From the NCBI RefSeq assembly GCF_964213995.1, contig NW_027590138.1:1-64000 (forward strand): a stretch of DNA of 64,000 nucleotides, read 5' to 3'. The stretch's first letter is position 1. The number at the start of each line of letters is the position of its first letter. The position numbers and the translations under genes are program-made. Below, in pieces: positions 63,450-64,000 of the stretch. A model generated the notes under the pieces. The model ran no database searches, was not told the origin of the DNA, and saw nothing but the letters and a program-made list of their open reading frames with translations. The stretch comes from Mustelus asterias. Taxonomy: Eukaryota.

Positions 63450-64000
63450 TAGAACATAGAACAGCACAGCACAGGAACAGACCCTTCAGCCCACCATGTT
63501 GTGTCGAACATGATGTCAAATTAAACTATTCCTTTCTGCCTGCCCTTGGTCCATATTCCTCTATTCCTTACATATTCATGTGCTTATTTAAAACCCCCTT
63601 AAATGCCCCTATCGTATCTGCCTCCACCCCCACTCCTAGCAGCGCATTCCGGACACCTACCACTCTCTGTGTAAAAACCTTACCTCTCACATCTCCTTTG
63701 AACTTTCCCCGTCTCACCTTCAGTGCATGCTCCCTGGTATTAGACATATCAACTCTGGGGGAAAAGATTCTCTGTCTCTCATTTTATAGACTGCTATCAG
63801 ATCTCCCCTCACCCTCCACCGCTCTCGAGAAAACAACCCTCGTTTGTCAGTCGCTCACACCCTCCAATCCAGGCAGCATCCTGGGAAACCTCTTCTGCAT
63901 CTTCATCAAAACCTCTCCATCCTTTCTGTAATGTGGTGACCAGAATTGAACACAATATTCTAAGTGCGGCCCAAACAAAGTTTTATAAAGCTGCAACATG
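63450..64000 (-). mobile_element. CR1 3' end running off the window
   Basis: ATAGAACATAGAAC tail repeat; CCAGGCAGCATCCTG and GGTGACCAGAATTGAACACAATATTC are the reverse complement of the RT C-terminus. Confidence 0.85.

Overview
Eukaryotic, repeat-rich vertebrate DNA. The HE1-like V-SINEs, CR1 LINEs and [15 protein letters not shown]-type zinc-finger genes point to a cartilaginous fish, probably a shark (inference). The window is a tandem C2H2 zinc-finger (ZNF) cluster. It has five apparently intact genes whose fingers lie in one exon (4023+, 13640-, 41923-, 46581+, 53899-), two 3'-truncated genes (20097+, 62284+) and three pseudogene remnants. No KRAB, SCAN or BTB domain is recognisable. The genes recur as head-to-head pairs around CpG-rich NRF1/CCAAT/CRE/GC-box promoters, and 1-5.0 kb is a recent segmental duplicate of 18.0-21.0 kb. 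The spacers hold CR1 (one near-full-length copy with an SGNH-esterase ORF1), Rex1/Babar ends, two SINE families, a solo LTR, a Gypsy integrase fragment and a 2-kb C-rich minisatellite. The least obvious signal is two families of short Penelope-type elements. They are often palindromic, nest in each other with target-site duplications (TSDs), and carry minimal hammerhead-ribozyme motifs; one family has a U3-A8 compensatory core. All coordinates were read by eye and repeat boundaries are approximate.
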